A stretch of DNA of 58,793 nt from an uncultured virus (IMG/VR IMGVR_UViG_3300040971_000013) (IMGVR_UViG_3300040971_000013), one strand, 5' to 3'. Counted from the first letter of the stretch, positions 45,401-55,889 are shown. Numbers and translations are program-made. Notes: generated by a model from the letters alone, not told the origin.

Positions 45401-47451
45401 TTACCAACAGTCACATATGAATTAGCAACAAACGGTCCTTGACCAATGTGATTATAATATCTAAAAGTTATTGTATAAGCAGTATTTCCAAGAGGAGTAT
45501 TTTTATACGTACTTGGAAGTGCACTGAAACCAGAAACAACGCCAGCTCCATAAGTAAAGTCAGTCTGCCCATTGAAGAAAACCAGTTCGTCTTTAAGATC
45601 AGCTGGAGTATTTACAGTGGTATTAGATGTCTGTACTACTGAAATAATATCAATAATATCTTCTTGGTTCAATGTGATAAAATCAACGGTGCTTCCGATT
45701 GTAGCAGAGATAGTACCATTAGCTGCGACCTTTGTACGAATACCCATCAAATCTCTCTGAATTCGAAGAACTACTGTATAAGAAGTAGCATTCTCAATTG
45801 ATGCACCAGTAATAGTTGCAATCGAAACTGAACCAGAGTTGTTCGGAGTCAAAGACAAATTGTTGATATTCAGATGAACACCGGTAGAAGTGTTATAAAC
45901 AGAAACCAATCCTACAAATGTTGGAAAATCAATAGTAGTATCAGCCTCAGTTAAATTGATTGTATTACCAGAAACCTCTGATGTAGCTACATAAGAACGT
46001 GTAGATTCATATTCAATTTCACCAGAAACAATTTCTTTAACTTTAGAATATGTTGAATTAATAATCGGAACAGAAGACCCAGCAACAAACGTAGCAGATC
46101 CAACGGTTCCTAGGAACAGATTGATATATAATAGTCCAGGATTTGCTTTGGATCTGATAGACTTAGCACCAGAGAATGCGTTCTGAATAGCAGATGTATT
46201 CCGTAGATATACAAATACGCTATTACCGGATTTATAGATATTAATAATCCGGCATTCACCAAGAACAGATCCCGTTCCGTTGATACCAGTCATGATTTCT
46301 ACCACTTCTTGTTTCTGATAGTCTGGAACACCTTTACCAGAGATTCCACCAGTAACATCATCAATCAGTGCTAGCGTATATGCAGCATCTGGAATATAAG
46401 AAGAGATATGCGCTTTATTCAGAAAGGTCCGAGGTTTGTTGATCTCAATTTCTTTAGACGCAATATTGTTGACTCTGTATCCCTGAATATATCCAAGGCC
46501 AGGCTGAACTTCTGCTATAAACTTAGACAGATCAGTATCATGTTCACGAAGATAGATCTTCCAAGGATTAACAGCATATGAACCAGATTCTTCAAATGTT
46601 CTCTGAGCAAGAGTATCCATTAGATCAGAATTAGGATCAGATGATTGTTCTAAGGACAGTACGTCACCAGTAATAATAATTTGCGGCAAATAATTACTAA
46701 GCATCTCAGGGGTGATCTCGACGTCACCATCTTTATATCCAAACAGTTCTACATTTATCTGGTATCTGTCAGCACCCGGAGCATTATAGTTATAAGATCC
46801 AGCAGCAGGGTCATTAAGAGATGAGTCTGTTTCAGATGTTACATATTTACGTTCGATCATGTAGCCGATATGATAAGTATCAGTATCAAGTACGTTTACA
46901 CCAATAGAGATATTTTGTGGTTCAACAAAACAGAAATATCCGTCGATGAAAAGAATTCCTTCACCAGAAGCAGCAACAAACGCATTAGACAACGTACCAG
47001 ATTCCATGATAAAATTCATAGAAGTATCAGCTTGGTCTACAAAAGTTTCACCATCTACAATTTCTGCGCCCATATATGAAAACAGAATATACCGAGATTC
47101 ATTAGAAAGGCCGGTAACGATAATTGGCTGATTTGATGTAGAGCCAATATATACGTTACCAACAAGATTTGCTGGTGTAATAGCAGCTCCATCAGCATTA
47201 AGCAGTTTAATCTGTAAAGATGGTTGATTATAAGATGTAGAAATTCGGGCTCCTTTTACAACAGACCCATCTTTAAATACATATCCACCCAAAGACGCTA
47301 GCTGATTCTGTAGTAAAGTCTGAGACTGAGTAAGTTCACGAGCCTGTACACCCTTAGAAGGGTTATACATGATTCTTACATAATTTTTAGAAACATCAAA
47401 ATCATCATAATAGGGAGATTCGCTCCCTACATGCTTATATGGATTAGTCAT
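42445..47451 (-). CDS. large baseplate/virion structural protein (DUF4815-like)
   Basis: PYYDDFD..KNY, QARELTQ.Q, APGADR, RTFEESG.Y, DPLAQSF, P.VKNLRAIA. Confidence 0.85.
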   Translation of the reverse strand: MTNPYKHVGSESPYYDDFDVSKNYVRIMYNPSKGVQARELTQSQTLLQNQLASLGGYVFKDGSVVKGARISTSYNQPSLQIKLLNADGAAITPANLVGNVYIGSTSNQPIIVTGLSNESRYILFSYMGAEIVDGETFVDQADTSMNFIMESGTLSNAFVAASGEGILFIDGYFCFVEPQNISIGVNVLDTDTYHIGYMIERKYVTSETDSSLNDPAAGSYNYNAPGADRYQINVELFGYKDGDVEITPEMLSNYLPQIIITGDVLSLEQSSDPNSDLMDTLAQRTFEESGSYAVNPWKIYLREHDTDLSKFIAEVQPGLGYIQGYRVNNIASKEIEINKPRTFLNKAHISSYIPDAAYTLALIDDVTGGISGKGVPDYQKQEVVEIMTGINGTGSVLGECRIINIYKSGNSVFVYLRNTSAIQNAFSGAKSIRSKANPGLLYINLFLGTVGSATFVAGSSVPIINSTYSKVKEIVSGEIEYESTRSYVATSEVSGNTINLTEADTTIDFPTFVGLVSVYNTSTGVHLNINNLSLTPNNSGSVSIATITGASIENATSYTVVLRIQRDLMGIRTKVAANGTISATIGSTVDFITLNQEDIIDIISVVQTSNTTVNTPADLKDELVFFNGQTDFTYGAGVVSGFSALPSTYKNTPLGNTAYTITFRYYNHIGQGPFVANSYVTVGNATFLSDVPDIYSIIPIYKSASGLSYVLRDCLDFRVKSTTLNSTGMLYPAHRTELEFTANIYLPRTDYIWVDKNGVFGASPGIPSENPQLPNIPSNALAIGMISSKAYVNSLRDESIVTLIENPRYTMSAIDRINTRLKNVEEVVSLNLLEQSAVNMMILDENGMNRYKSGIFTDNFETFDNSDFTNDEYDCTIDSAEQSIRCQFEAQNLDLTYNSVASLNTKKNDVTITLPYTVSTFAENKYASEYMNIQKLLFYTWNGSLKLSPSIDTWVNNLGNIIVKQNFVETPRPPSQFRSWSANAVIARQTMGTVVTSQSTTFQNAGFALTASSSVARESEDQFMRQRVVNYTATGFRPGIKLDAYLDGKPLTVSNDTPGVNGTISGTFTVPANVPVGTKLVEFVDTNKTSSGSAFYTARGKTIWNDVTQTYVRQWVPVTTTTSSVSSTWSYDPLAQSFFVEDENGVYIDSIDIFFQSKDSNIPVDIFVVECENGYPSERMLNFSNVQKQPSEVNIGVNVPTNFKFGEPLFLEGNKEYAFVVITPSYKYNIYTSTLGKADLITGIGIAEQPVLGSLFSSQNARTWTAEQLSDIKFKINKCVFSTSVNSETVFDLPLQAEEYEVAMQTLVANIFTPTKTTAKLFYKWSSDATWTEYDNRSDIFNRTLKTIFAIGSGNPVPFSIKVVMSTEDTNVSPQIDTEQVYGIFVKNLVKDSSDPIYIYNAGTYVSNNLVLANPANDIRVILDMIAPGFSDADIFFRTTDYQPIYVTQATVGLGIDISAGEKLDGQTCQVFYYNNVSKNLEPKSQVIVTGYDADTRKIFLRSVGNPDEFAAIQNGDLTQTLYDGISTDYTAILILPISSTANINCPAWTATNYASGSYVTYLGYIWRSRTSAISLNTPSDLSIVWEKIHSLKTVSSLLLDDTIIWRKMKRNSINNNIDTQNSFVEYSYYPEIDVDTEFKSFAIKIDLKSRNKVDVPRVKNLRAIATV

Positions 47452-47460
47452 TAAACTCTC

Positions 47461-48294
47461 CTAGAATACCAAAATCAAATTAACTGTTTCAGACTGTCCA
47501 ACTTCTCTATATACACGTCTTTTATTATCAAGATACACTAATTCACCAGAAGTTGTATTGAACCCGACTGCGGAATATTTATCACCAGCAATAAAAGCAT
47601 TAGAATTGTCTTTTGGGTCGTATAAAAGTCCAACCTGACGGAATGCAATATCGTATGGGATTTCTGGTGTTTCATCTGCAAAGGTTAGAGCAACAAGAAT
47701 TCTATGAGCTCCTAATATTCTATTAGCAAAAACATCACCAAAGTTGAACTGTTCTGATGTTAATGTGCCGCCGGGATATTCACCACGAATACTATAAGGA
47801 ACCGGCATCCATGCATCTAGTAATAGGCCAGCGTTGATCATTGCAATTGGAAGATCATATAGATATTTCCATGTATACCCATCAGCAGTAACAACAGAAG
47901 CTCCACGAGTAGCAGGTTCCTGAGAAGTTAATCCAAGACCTGCTCCGATACACTGAAATACCATGTTACTAGAAGTCAAACAAAAATAATTAGTCGCACG
48001 TTCAGCTGCTTCAACAGTTAGATCTAATGGAGCAAAAGTTGTTCCAGCAGCCCAGTTGATACGTGGAACCATTACAGCTAGATTAGACGGAGTAATACGC
48101 TTGATACCGATGATAGCGGATCGAAACGCATTTTCGTCGTTCATCGAATCTGTTGGTGTCGGTGGGATATTTTCATTTTCCCATTCAGCCGTTTTAGATA
48201 GCGCAACATATACGTTGGACGATCCATTTAGAACGGCATTTATAAAGTGTTCTGTATTTAGAACAGAAATATCGGATTTAAGAATAGCAGCCAT
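47461..48294 (-). CDS. 8: baseplate wedge gp8
   Basis: PPTP.D, PR.NW..G, DGY.WKYLY, FRQVGL..DP. Confidence 0.85.
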   Translation of the reverse strand: MAAILKSDISVLNTEHFINAVLNGSSNVYVALSKTAEWENENIPPTPTDSMNDENAFRSAIIGIKRITPSNLAVMVPRINWAAGTTFAPLDLTVEAAERATNYFCLTSSNMVFQCIGAGLGLTSQEPATRGASVVTADGYTWKYLYDLPIAMINAGLLLDAWMPVPYSIRGEYPGGTLTSEQFNFGDVFANRILGAHRILVALTFADETPEIPYDIAFRQVGLLYDPKDNSNAFIAGDKYSAVGFNTTSGELVYLDNKRRVYREVGQSETVNLILVF

Positions 48295-48303
48295 GTTGTT
48301 CTC

Positions 48304-50019
48304 CTACGGCATATACTTGTTAAGTTTAATATTATTTATATAAAGTTTTTTGTTAAGAGGTACTCTATATGATTGTACCTGGTTATAGGATCTACGTCTC
48401 AATGATAGAAATTCAATAAAAGATCCTGAAGGAATTACAGAAGTAAAATATAATTTATTTCCAACAAGAACCATTTTATTCCACCAACAGTATCCATTCA
48501 CAAACGGAATAGAATGATATTTTTTCAAGTGTTGTTCTGAAATAGTAAAATAATTTGTTGTTAGATGAGTCGTATTAGTTGTAAATTCATATCTTGTATT
48601 AACCACAGACAAAGGATTTACAATAGATGCAACCTGTCCTGTATATGCTCCGCCGACTAATGTATACTGTGAAGCGGTTCTTGTCATATCTTTAGCAGCA
48701 ATTTTCATTCCATTAATAAAGATTCCTGGAACTACTGAATTGTATTCTTCAGCTTTAATCGGAATGATATTACCAGATTGGATAGTACGTTCAAAGTATT
48801 CCTTTTCAGCATCAGTGCGCCAAACTGTCAATAGATCATTACTATTAACGGTAGATGGCAGTTCTAATGTGTTCCAATCTATATTGTGAATATAATTACC
48901 AGATGAATCAAAGATCATAAAAGATGACAAATTAGAAGATCTTGCAAAGTGTTGAACTTGTAGATCCTCAAATTTAGTAGATAGTAAATATGATTCGTTT
49001 GATAGGGATGTATCTATTGATTCTCTTAGTTTACCTTGAACTTGCATTTCCAAATCAATATTAGTATCAACAATGAAAGAAGTAGACAGTTCCATCGTCT
49101 GAATGAATTTTAAATACCACATTCTGAAGAAATCAACAGCTGGAACGCCCATGATGAACTTGGAAATATCTTCAGTAACAGTTCCAAAGATCTTCAGGCC
49201 AGCAGGATGAATCAACCGGGTCACCGGATCAATATATTCAGAAATCGGAATCTCAGATGATAGAACATATGAAAAGTCCTGATAATAATATGAATCTTGA
49301 ATTACCATATCAGAATCAAGTAATCCAGAAGTACCGTCATAGTATCCTGGACCAACTTCTACAACGGAAATAGTCAGAGTGTCTTCATCTGGTTCTACTC
49401 CAAACTCAGTAAAAGTCAGAACAATCTCTTCATCTGGAACAAATTGTCCTACTACGTTTGTAATTACAATTGCTAATTTTGGTAGAAGATCTCCAGTAAA
49501 CATAAAAGGCTGCACGTCTTTTACTGTTCCAGATGCACCAGAATCAGAACCAACTAATCTATATCTAATATACTTAGACAGATCTCCGTATTCTGTAAAT
49601 TCAACTGGAATAATATATGTAGGTTGAATCCATCGCCCATCAGAAGTCTTTAACATCTGATCTTTGGGATATGAAATTCGTACTCTTGCATCGTAAAAAA
49701 CATTGAAAAAATATTCATATGATGCAACCGATCCTTTCGCACGATACATCATTGAAATATTCTTTAACAGTATTCTGAGCTCCGCGGTCAGTACTTCTGG
49801 AAACCCTTGCATTAACTCAGAATTCAACATTAACAGATAGTCTTCTTCAGCAGTATCAATATCCTGATTTTCAACAAGCTTATCTATAATATGACCTGCT
49901 TGTTCATCTTGTTCTAAATGTTCTACAAAAGCTTTAAAGAATTCTAAAAGTTTCGGTGCATATTCTTTATAGAACGACGGAAAAGCTCGTTCGTGCATTA
50001 AATTAAACATATCACTCAT
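48304..50019 (-). CDS. 7: baseplate wedge gp7-like
   Basis: Y.AKGS..S..YFF, LK.SDG.W, IQDSYYYQDFSYV, HPAG...FG. Confidence 0.8.
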   Translation of the reverse strand: MSDMFNLMHERAFPSFYKEYAPKLLEFFKAFVEHLEQDEQAGHIIDKLVENQDIDTAEEDYLLMLNSELMQGFPEVLTAELRILLKNISMMYRAKGSVASYEYFFNVFYDARVRISYPKDQMLKTSDGRWIQPTYIIPVEFTEYGDLSKYIRYRLVGSDSGASGTVKDVQPFMFTGDLLPKLAIVITNVVGQFVPDEEIVLTFTEFGVEPDEDTLTISVVEVGPGYYDGTSGLLDSDMVIQDSYYYQDFSYVLSSEIPISEYIDPVTRLIHPAGLKIFGTVTEDISKFIMGVPAVDFFRMWYLKFIQTMELSTSFIVDTNIDLEMQVQGKLRESIDTSLSNESYLLSTKFEDLQVQHFARSSNLSSFMIFDSSGNYIHNIDWNTLELPSTVNSNDLLTVWRTDAEKEYFERTIQSGNIIPIKAEEYNSVVPGIFINGMKIAAKDMTRTASQYTLVGGAYTGQVASIVNPLSVVNTRYEFTTNTTHLTTNYFTISEQHLKKYHSIPFVNGYCWWNKMVLVGNKLYFTSVIPSGSFIEFLSLRRRSYNQVQSYRVPLNKKLYINNIKLNKYMP

Positions 50020-50027
50020 ATTAGTTC

Positions 50028-51752
50028 CTATTTTATATCAGTAAGAAATACGTTATGAGAATCTAATCCTAATATAATATTCTTGCTTGAATTGATATCT
50101 AGCGAATCTGGAACAGCCGATACTTTGATTGATGTATTTGCTGGTGCATTAAAATTGAAGCTCTCCAGACTGATTCTACCAGTTGTATAATTGACTGTTC
50201 CAACTTCTGATGTAGTAAGTCCATTATTATAAATCAGTTTACCGTTTAGATCATATATGTAATGAGGAGTGGACGAACCAACAGCAACCCATGTTCCAAT
50301 TACTACTGACCCTGGTTTCAGTTTATTATTGAAAAAGAATACATGAGAAGTAGTAGTATTAAATAACGGAGTCACAAATTGTTTGATAGATGTTTCAGTT
50401 GCAACAGATGCAATAGAAGGATCTACGTTAGTTACAACAGAAAGCATCTGAGAGTTCTTATATCCTGTTCCAAAGTTCTCAACTTCATTGTTGAAATATC
50501 TGATAACTGCATCTGATATCTTGTTAGTCAATTCAGACCGTAGAAGATTTGTTTTATATGGATGCCAGTTGATATTTAGAACAATATCGATCTTAATGAT
50601 AGACGGATCCACAATTTCAAGTCCAATACAAGGAATATTCTTTTTTGCTATAGAAACAAGGATATCTTCCTTTTGAAAATCTGTTAGAATATCAATGTCT
50701 TTTGGCTTGATTGAAATAAAGACTCTTCCGTACTGTGGTGGAACATTTTCTTCACCACCCCAAACAGCAATAGACTGGATCCAGTCACCATACAGAGATT
50801 TGATAGCAACAGCGTAATCTTGAGCAGTCACATTTCGGTTCTGTCGCTGATACATCTTTGGAGCAAGGAACTTTACAGATTCATCAGGTTCTTTGTTAGA
50901 TCCGATGAGCTCGCGTTCTACCTGTGTAATAGATATATCAGAATATGAGATTGGTCCAATATTATAAGATAGACCATACTTAATGATATTGTTTGCTTCT
51001 GCTCCAGATGTTACAAGATACTTAATAGAAACATAGTTGTTTGGTTCAAGCTTCTTTCCTAGTACTCCGTCGCCAAACTGAATTTCTATATTACCGTCAT
51101 AAGATTCTTGCATAAAATATACTAAAGAATCAGGGCCGATACCAACGATATCATCAGCAAAAGCAAAAGTGGTTGATGTAATTGCAGAAGAAGTGTCCTT
51201 TACAGCTACTCTGATATACTTTGTATCTACTTGAGCATTAGACAGTAAATATTTTGTAGTATAGTTCAGATCTTGTGTATAGAATTCTTCAGCAAATGTT
51301 CCTTCTACAACCGATACATCTGCATACCAGAATCCATCAGTTCCAAGATAGAAATATGCATTGTCTAAAGAACTGAACCGATACGAAGACGTTCCATCAG
51401 TTGCAGTAAAAACGGTATTAGCCGGAACAAAATTTGATGTAGTAACATTTACTTCAGGGTTCTTTACTTTCAAACGAATCTTATTACGTGCAGCACAATA
51501 TTGATACGGCATATATCCTAAAGACTTTGCACGAGAAACAATATTTGCTCTTTGTTGTGCAGAATCTAAAAAGCATTCGTTAATACTAAAATTAGCGTAT
51601 CGTAGTAAATAATGAGAAGTATATGCAAGAGCATCAATCAACGTTACAATAGCCGGAGCTGTAAAATTGATATCTTTAAATTCATTTTTAGCAGCAAGTA
51701 CTTCTACTATATTCTGTTTTAAGCCTTCAAAAGTAACATTAGTTGTATTCAT
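50028..51752 (-). CDS. 6: baseplate wedge gp6
   Basis: FLDSAQ.R, FGDG..GK, Q.R.VTA.DY, WGGEEN.PP.YG.VFISIKP. Confidence 0.93.
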   Translation of the reverse strand: MNTTNVTFEGLKQNIVEVLAAKNEFKDINFTAPAIVTLIDALAYTSHYLLRYANFSINECFLDSAQQRANIVSRAKSLGYMPYQYCAARNKIRLKVKNPEVNVTTSNFVPANTVFTATDGTSSYRFSSLDNAYFYLGTDGFWYADVSVVEGTFAEEFYTQDLNYTTKYLLSNAQVDTKYIRVAVKDTSSAITSTTFAFADDIVGIGPDSLVYFMQESYDGNIEIQFGDGVLGKKLEPNNYVSIKYLVTSGAEANNIIKYGLSYNIGPISYSDISITQVERELIGSNKEPDESVKFLAPKMYQRQNRNVTAQDYAVAIKSLYGDWIQSIAVWGGEENVPPQYGRVFISIKPKDIDILTDFQKEDILVSIAKKNIPCIGLEIVDPSIIKIDIVLNINWHPYKTNLLRSELTNKISDAVIRYFNNEVENFGTGYKNSQMLSVVTNVDPSIASVATETSIKQFVTPLFNTTTSHVFFFNNKLKPGSVVIGTWVAVGSSTPHYIYDLNGKLIYNNGLTTSEVGTVNYTTGRISLESFNFNAPANTSIKVSAVPDSLDINSSKNIILGLDSHNVFLTDIK

Positions 51753-51760
51753 TAGTTCTC

Positions 51761-52159
51761 CTATCTAACCCGGTTGATAACATAAACAAATGTATCAGTC
51801 TGAGATAGATCCAAAATTTCGTATATCATTTCAATTTTTACTTCACCACGATCTAGAGCATCAACAGAATCAAAAAAGATTTTTAGATCAAGCAATCTAA
51901 TTCGTGGTTCATAGTTCTTTATCAGATTCTCTGCTTCAGTTTTGACAACAGACAGAAAGAACGGATCATTTGGTTTGAATAACAAATCAGCAAAATATGA
52001 TCCAATCTCTGGATGCCATTTTCGATCATAATACCGAGTCTTAAATAACAGTGCTAAAGACTGCTTGATAGATTCAGTATTTTTCTTTTTGACAATATCA
52101 CCAGTCAGTTCATTTTGTCTGAATAGTATATCAAAATCAGAATATATTTCTCTTTTCAT
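51761..52159 (-). CDS. 25: baseplate wedge gp25
   Basis: YSD.D..F, SIKQS, P..GS, I.NYEPR. Confidence 0.9.
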   Translation of the reverse strand: MKREIYSDFDILFRQNELTGDIVKKKNTESIKQSLALLFKTRYYDRKWHPEIGSYFADLLFKPNDPFFLSVVKTEAENLIKNYEPRIRLLDLKIFFDSVDALDRGEVKIEMIYEILDLSQTDTFVYVINRVR

Positions 52160-52167
52160 AATTCTAT

Positions 52168-52452
52168 TTATCCTACCATTACATCAGAAGATCCAGATCC
52201 TGTTGAATCACCGTTAGAAAGCGTTGTTCCAACTGTTACTATTGGAGATCCATTTACTAAAACAGATGAATTGCCTATCACACAGTTCTCTTTAGAATGG
52301 TCACAATCGCATTTATGATAGCCCCAAAGATCTCCAACTTTTGCTGGTGGTAGTCCATTTATCAGAACATTGCTATTAGCTCCGATATTAGTAATTGGAC
52401 AGCACTTACATGCTCCAGTTGATGTATCTCCAAGACGGCAAACTCCGGGCAT
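52168..52452 (-). CDS. PAAR spike-tip protein (gp5.4-like)
   Basis: RLGD, S.V.ING.P.A.VGD, GSS.V. Confidence 0.88.
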   Translation of the reverse strand: MPGVCRLGDTSTGACKCCPITNIGANSNVLINGLPPAKVGDLWGYHKCDCDHSKENCVIGNSSVLVNGSPIVTVGTTLSNGDSTGSGSSDVMVG

Positions 52453-52501
52453 ATAGACCTCCAAAATAGAAAAGGCAAGACATTGCTGCCTCGCCCATTG
52501 T

Positions 52502-52509
52502 TATTTATA
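52502..52509 (-). promoter_or_regulatory. T4-type late promoter for baseplate operon
   Basis: TATAAATA upstream of PAAR gene. Confidence 0.7.
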
Positions 52510-52522
52510 TGGAAAGAAATGA

Positions 52523-53059
52523 TTACATTGACTGAAGCATTCGTTTCCAGACGTTCATAAATTCATCATACAATTCATCTACAGTCTTTCGTACACCGTC
52601 ACGATCAATCTCAATGATTTGTTTATTGAAGCAAATCTCGTCCTTTTTGAAAGCATCTAGAAACAATTCTTGCTCCTTTTGCATATTACTAGCATCGATA
52701 GATTTGCCATCATCAACGATCAGAGAGAAATCATTTACTTTTAATAGAACAAGAACCGTATCAAGACGTGCTCTGGGTAGAATAGGAATAAACGAGGGAG
52801 TATATCCACGATATAGAGGAGCATATACCCATTCACCGAGATGTAGACGATCAAAGATGACATTAGATTTTCTTGCTGACATCATATTAAACCATGTAGA
52901 AAAGTAATGCATCTGATAAAGAGATTCAGAATCTCCTAGAACCTTTAGTTTTTCTGGTTTAGATGAATGTACTACAGGCCAAGGAAAAGCTTCGGACCGA
53001 AGTTTCTGAATGAACGTGGATTTACCAATGTTGTCGATTCCTTCAATGATGATAGCCAT
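52523..53059 (-). CDS. deoxynucleotide monophosphate kinase
   Basis: IEGIDNIGKST, FDR.H.GE.VY..LYR. Confidence 0.85.
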   Translation of the reverse strand: MAIIIEGIDNIGKSTFIQKLRSEAFPWPVVHSSKPEKLKVLGDSESLYQMHYFSTWFNMMSARKSNVIFDRLHLGEWVYAPLYRGYTPSFIPILPRARLDTVLVLLKVNDFSLIVDDGKSIDASNMQKEQELFLDAFKKDEICFNKQIIEIDRDGVRKTVDELYDEFMNVWKRMLQSM

Positions 53060-53060
53060 T

Positions 53061-53993
53061 TTATCCCCTTAACCAAGTTGTATATTTCTGAAGTAGTTCT
53101 GGGCTATATGCTAGATTTGCTGCACTTCCATGTAGACGCAAAGCAGCTTCAAATCCAAGAAGCGATTCATATTCTTCAAGTGTAGGACAGTAGTAATCAG
53201 TAGAATTCATATCTGGAGTTTCTGTTTCATCTGCTTTACTAATCTTATCAGCCATATCAAAATGACGTTCATAAAGATGTAAAGAATTTGCCATAAGTGT
53301 ATAAGATCCACATTCTAGACCTGGGTAAATTGCAGACAATTCTCGCCATACTAATTTCTGAATATGACAGAACTGGAAGACATCATTGCAGTATCCAAGA
53401 ACAATATCACAAGATCTCATATGAACAGTCATATAAAGAACATCTTCACGGATCATAAACTGAATGGATGTAGTACAAGGAAAATCTTTTGTTGGGAATC
53501 GCTTGTGGTGGATAGAATTAATATTGATGATAGCCTGTCGAGAATCTTTGTCTTCTTTCAGTTTTTCTACTACATATTGGAACTGATTTTTTTCAAAGTA
53601 ATCTGGACGAGCGTCAGTAAAATATGGAACAACTGAACCCATCCGATTGAAGATATAATGTCCATAGTTAGAATTCAACGTTCCGTCTGGATTACGAATA
53701 GAATCCCAAAACTTTGCATAATGAGCAATCGTATTGGCACCGATTCGAGACTGATCTCCAGATAGATACCAACACAATTCAGCAACTAAGTACTTTAGAG
53801 AGATCTTTCGATCTGGTGTCCATACAACACTATCATGGATATCGTCAACTTCCACTACGGCATTAATGCATTCATGGATCTTCTGTCCTCTGGGGGAACA
53901 AATAAAATCTGGGTCATCCTTTAAAATTACAATTGCTGTTTCAAATGCTTCGGTCGCATTTCTACCCCTGACATGAATTCCTGGTTGTTTCAA
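53061..53993 (-). CDS. thymidylate-synthase-family, dCMP-modifying enzyme (gp42-like)
   Basis: NSNYG, DSRQA, D.PCT, MRSCD..LG..ND, SLHLYERHF. Confidence 0.85.
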   Translation of the reverse strand: MKQPGIHVRGRNATEAFETAIVILKDDPDFICSPRGQKIHECINAVVEVDDIHDSVVWTPDRKISLKYLVAELCWYLSGDQSRIGANTIAHYAKFWDSIRNPDGTLNSNYGHYIFNRMGSVVPYFTDARPDYFEKNQFQYVVEKLKEDKDSRQAIININSIHHKRFPTKDFPCTTSIQFMIREDVLYMTVHMRSCDIVLGYCNDVFQFCHIQKLVWRELSAIYPGLECGSYTLMANSLHLYERHFDMADKISKADETETPDMNSTDYYCPTLEEYESLLGFEAALRLHGSAANLAYSPELLQKYTTWLRG

Positions 53994-54047
53994 GCTTGCC
54001 TCCTGAATATTGTTTATCTGTTTTTGTAAAATCTTTGGGCGTTACTG

Positions 54048-55889
54048 TCAATCAAATCTTAGATCGTAGCCCAGAGCATTCTTGATGAACTCGTTGAAAT
54101 ACTTACTAATATCTGGAATGCCTTCAAAGTGTTCTTTCAATACATAGATTCCATCATGTAGCATTAGACCAATACCGTTTCGAGTACTCTTCAACGATAG
54201 ATTTCCATACTTTGGTACTGGGACTGATGCCATTTTTTCGAGAATAATGACTTCTAGAGCCTGATACATATGAGCTAATTTCTTGCCAAGAGATGTTCCA
54301 CGTTCAAGTTTCATCTTAGCACCAAGGGCGTTCTCGAAATATGTTCCAGTCTCAGTCTTTACTTTATGATTATCTATATACCATTTGACGATTCCACGGA
54401 AATCTGCAATAAGATCTTGGAAGTCTTTATTGTCTGCTAACCGTTCTGGAATATCTATCATAGTATAGCCGGAAGTCGTGACAGCAACGGTCTGTGGGCA
54501 TTTCTTACGAGCATCAAACCCAATAAAATTAGCATTATAGTTAGCACCATAAGCAACAGCGATCAGATTAGTTTTAACATAATCTTCTGTCACAGTTGGA
54601 TCAAGCTCAGACAAATTAGAATGGAGCTTCTTTCGAAATCCATGTGGATCATCTACGTAATTGGTGATATGATCCATCGAACCGGTGTAGTTATTGTTCT
54701 TTGCATAATTATAAACAATAGAATAGACTGATGAAGCAATGTCAATTTCAGTATATTTAGAAAGGAGGTTCTTACGAATTGCTTTTGGAAGCATCTGCAG
54801 AGACGGTCCTGATTGATAGAGCCTTCCGTGCTGAGATCTATGATATTCGAGCTTAATACTATTGTTAGTCTTGAAAGCCTCATACTTAATTAGTTCAAGA
54901 GTCGCGATTACATGTAAGTTATTTGATTCATTAGCAATTAAATCTTCAATGTTCGATAGATCAAGCTGAGCGGTGTGTTCAAAAACAGTATTTTTCTGTT
55001 TTGTTAACCATGGAGTACCTAAAGCGATCTCATAAAACTCAGATTTGAATTCTTCGTATGAATATACTTTGATAGTACAGTCGTCAAAAAGTTCTTTAGC
55101 TGTTGGAGAAGCAGGCTTTTCTTTTTCTGGAAACGAATAAAGAGAATAAAATTCTTCAATAATCTTCGGAAGTATTTCATTTTTATATTCTTTATTCCAC
55201 ATAACATATGGATGACCTTTTTGTTTGGAGAAATGAGCAATTGCAGAGGAAACATTTCCTTTAGTATATTCTTTTCCGTTATATACTAAGACAGGGACAT
55301 CTTTTTTATTTGAAAAATGTCCTGGGTTAGAAATTTCTGATGAATATTCAGCAACTGCAGTATAATGTTTTCTAAGATCTAATTTGATATATTTAGTATC
55401 ATCTAAATCAACATTCAACAATAGATCCAGTGCTTCTTGTGTGAATCTGTATTCTGGAAGTTTATTCTGGGGGCAGTTTTTATAGAAAAAATATCCACGC
55501 TGAGCATGAATTATAAAAGGACTTAAATAAGATGAAGGCTTGTCTTCTTTTGTCAAACGTGTAATTCCAGCGCCCCAGCCGAGAAATACGTCTCTATCAA
55601 ATCTGTAGAACCTGCTCAATATATAAGGAGATACAGCAAATTGTTCATACATTGATATATTAGATGCACGAAGATAATGATATATTGTTGTTAGCGTTGC
55701 AGCAGCAATAAGTTTATCATATACAGTTTTATTAAAGGATGTATCGGTTGAAAAAGTGTGATCTGGGTTGTCAACACCAGAAAAAACAGGATGGTTAAGA
55801 ATTTTGTCAGCAATAAAAAGTTCCGCTGAAAGATCATTCTCTTCTATTGCTGATAAATGATTGGCTAGTTGTTTTCGGGAAATATGCAT
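54048..55889 (-). CDS. family-A polymerase-like protein
   Basis: GRLY...LQ.LP...R, EIDI.S, K......YG, Q..E, HDG. Confidence 0.65.
   Translation of the reverse strand: MHISRKQLANHLSAIEENDLSAELFIADKILNHPVFSGVDNPDHTFSTDTSFNKTVYDKLIAAATLTTIYHYLRASNISMYEQFAVSPYILSRFYRFDRDVFLGWGAGITRLTKEDKPSSYLSPFIIHAQRGYFFYKNCPQNKLPEYRFTQEALDLLLNVDLDDTKYIKLDLRKHYTAVAEYSSEISNPGHFSNKKDVPVLVYNGKEYTKGNVSSAIAHFSKQKGHPYVMWNKEYKNEILPKIIEEFYSLYSFPEKEKPASPTAKELFDDCTIKVYSYEEFKSEFYEIALGTPWLTKQKNTVFEHTAQLDLSNIEDLIANESNNLHVIATLELIKYEAFKTNNSIKLEYHRSQHGRLYQSGPSLQMLPKAIRKNLLSKYTEIDIASSVYSIVYNYAKNNNYTGSMDHITNYVDDPHGFRKKLHSNLSELDPTVTEDYVKTNLIAVAYGANYNANFIGFDARKKCPQTVAVTTSGYTMIDIPERLADNKDFQDLIADFRGIVKWYIDNHKVKTETGTYFENALGAKMKLERGTSLGKKLAHMYQALEVIILEKMASVPVPKYGNLSLKSTRNGIGLMLHDGIYVLKEHFEGIPDISKYFNEFIKNALGYDLRFD

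Noticed and set aside
42268..55255. Short antisense or nested ORFs within structural genes
   Set aside because: Shadows of long conserved genes, with no RBS or motifs.
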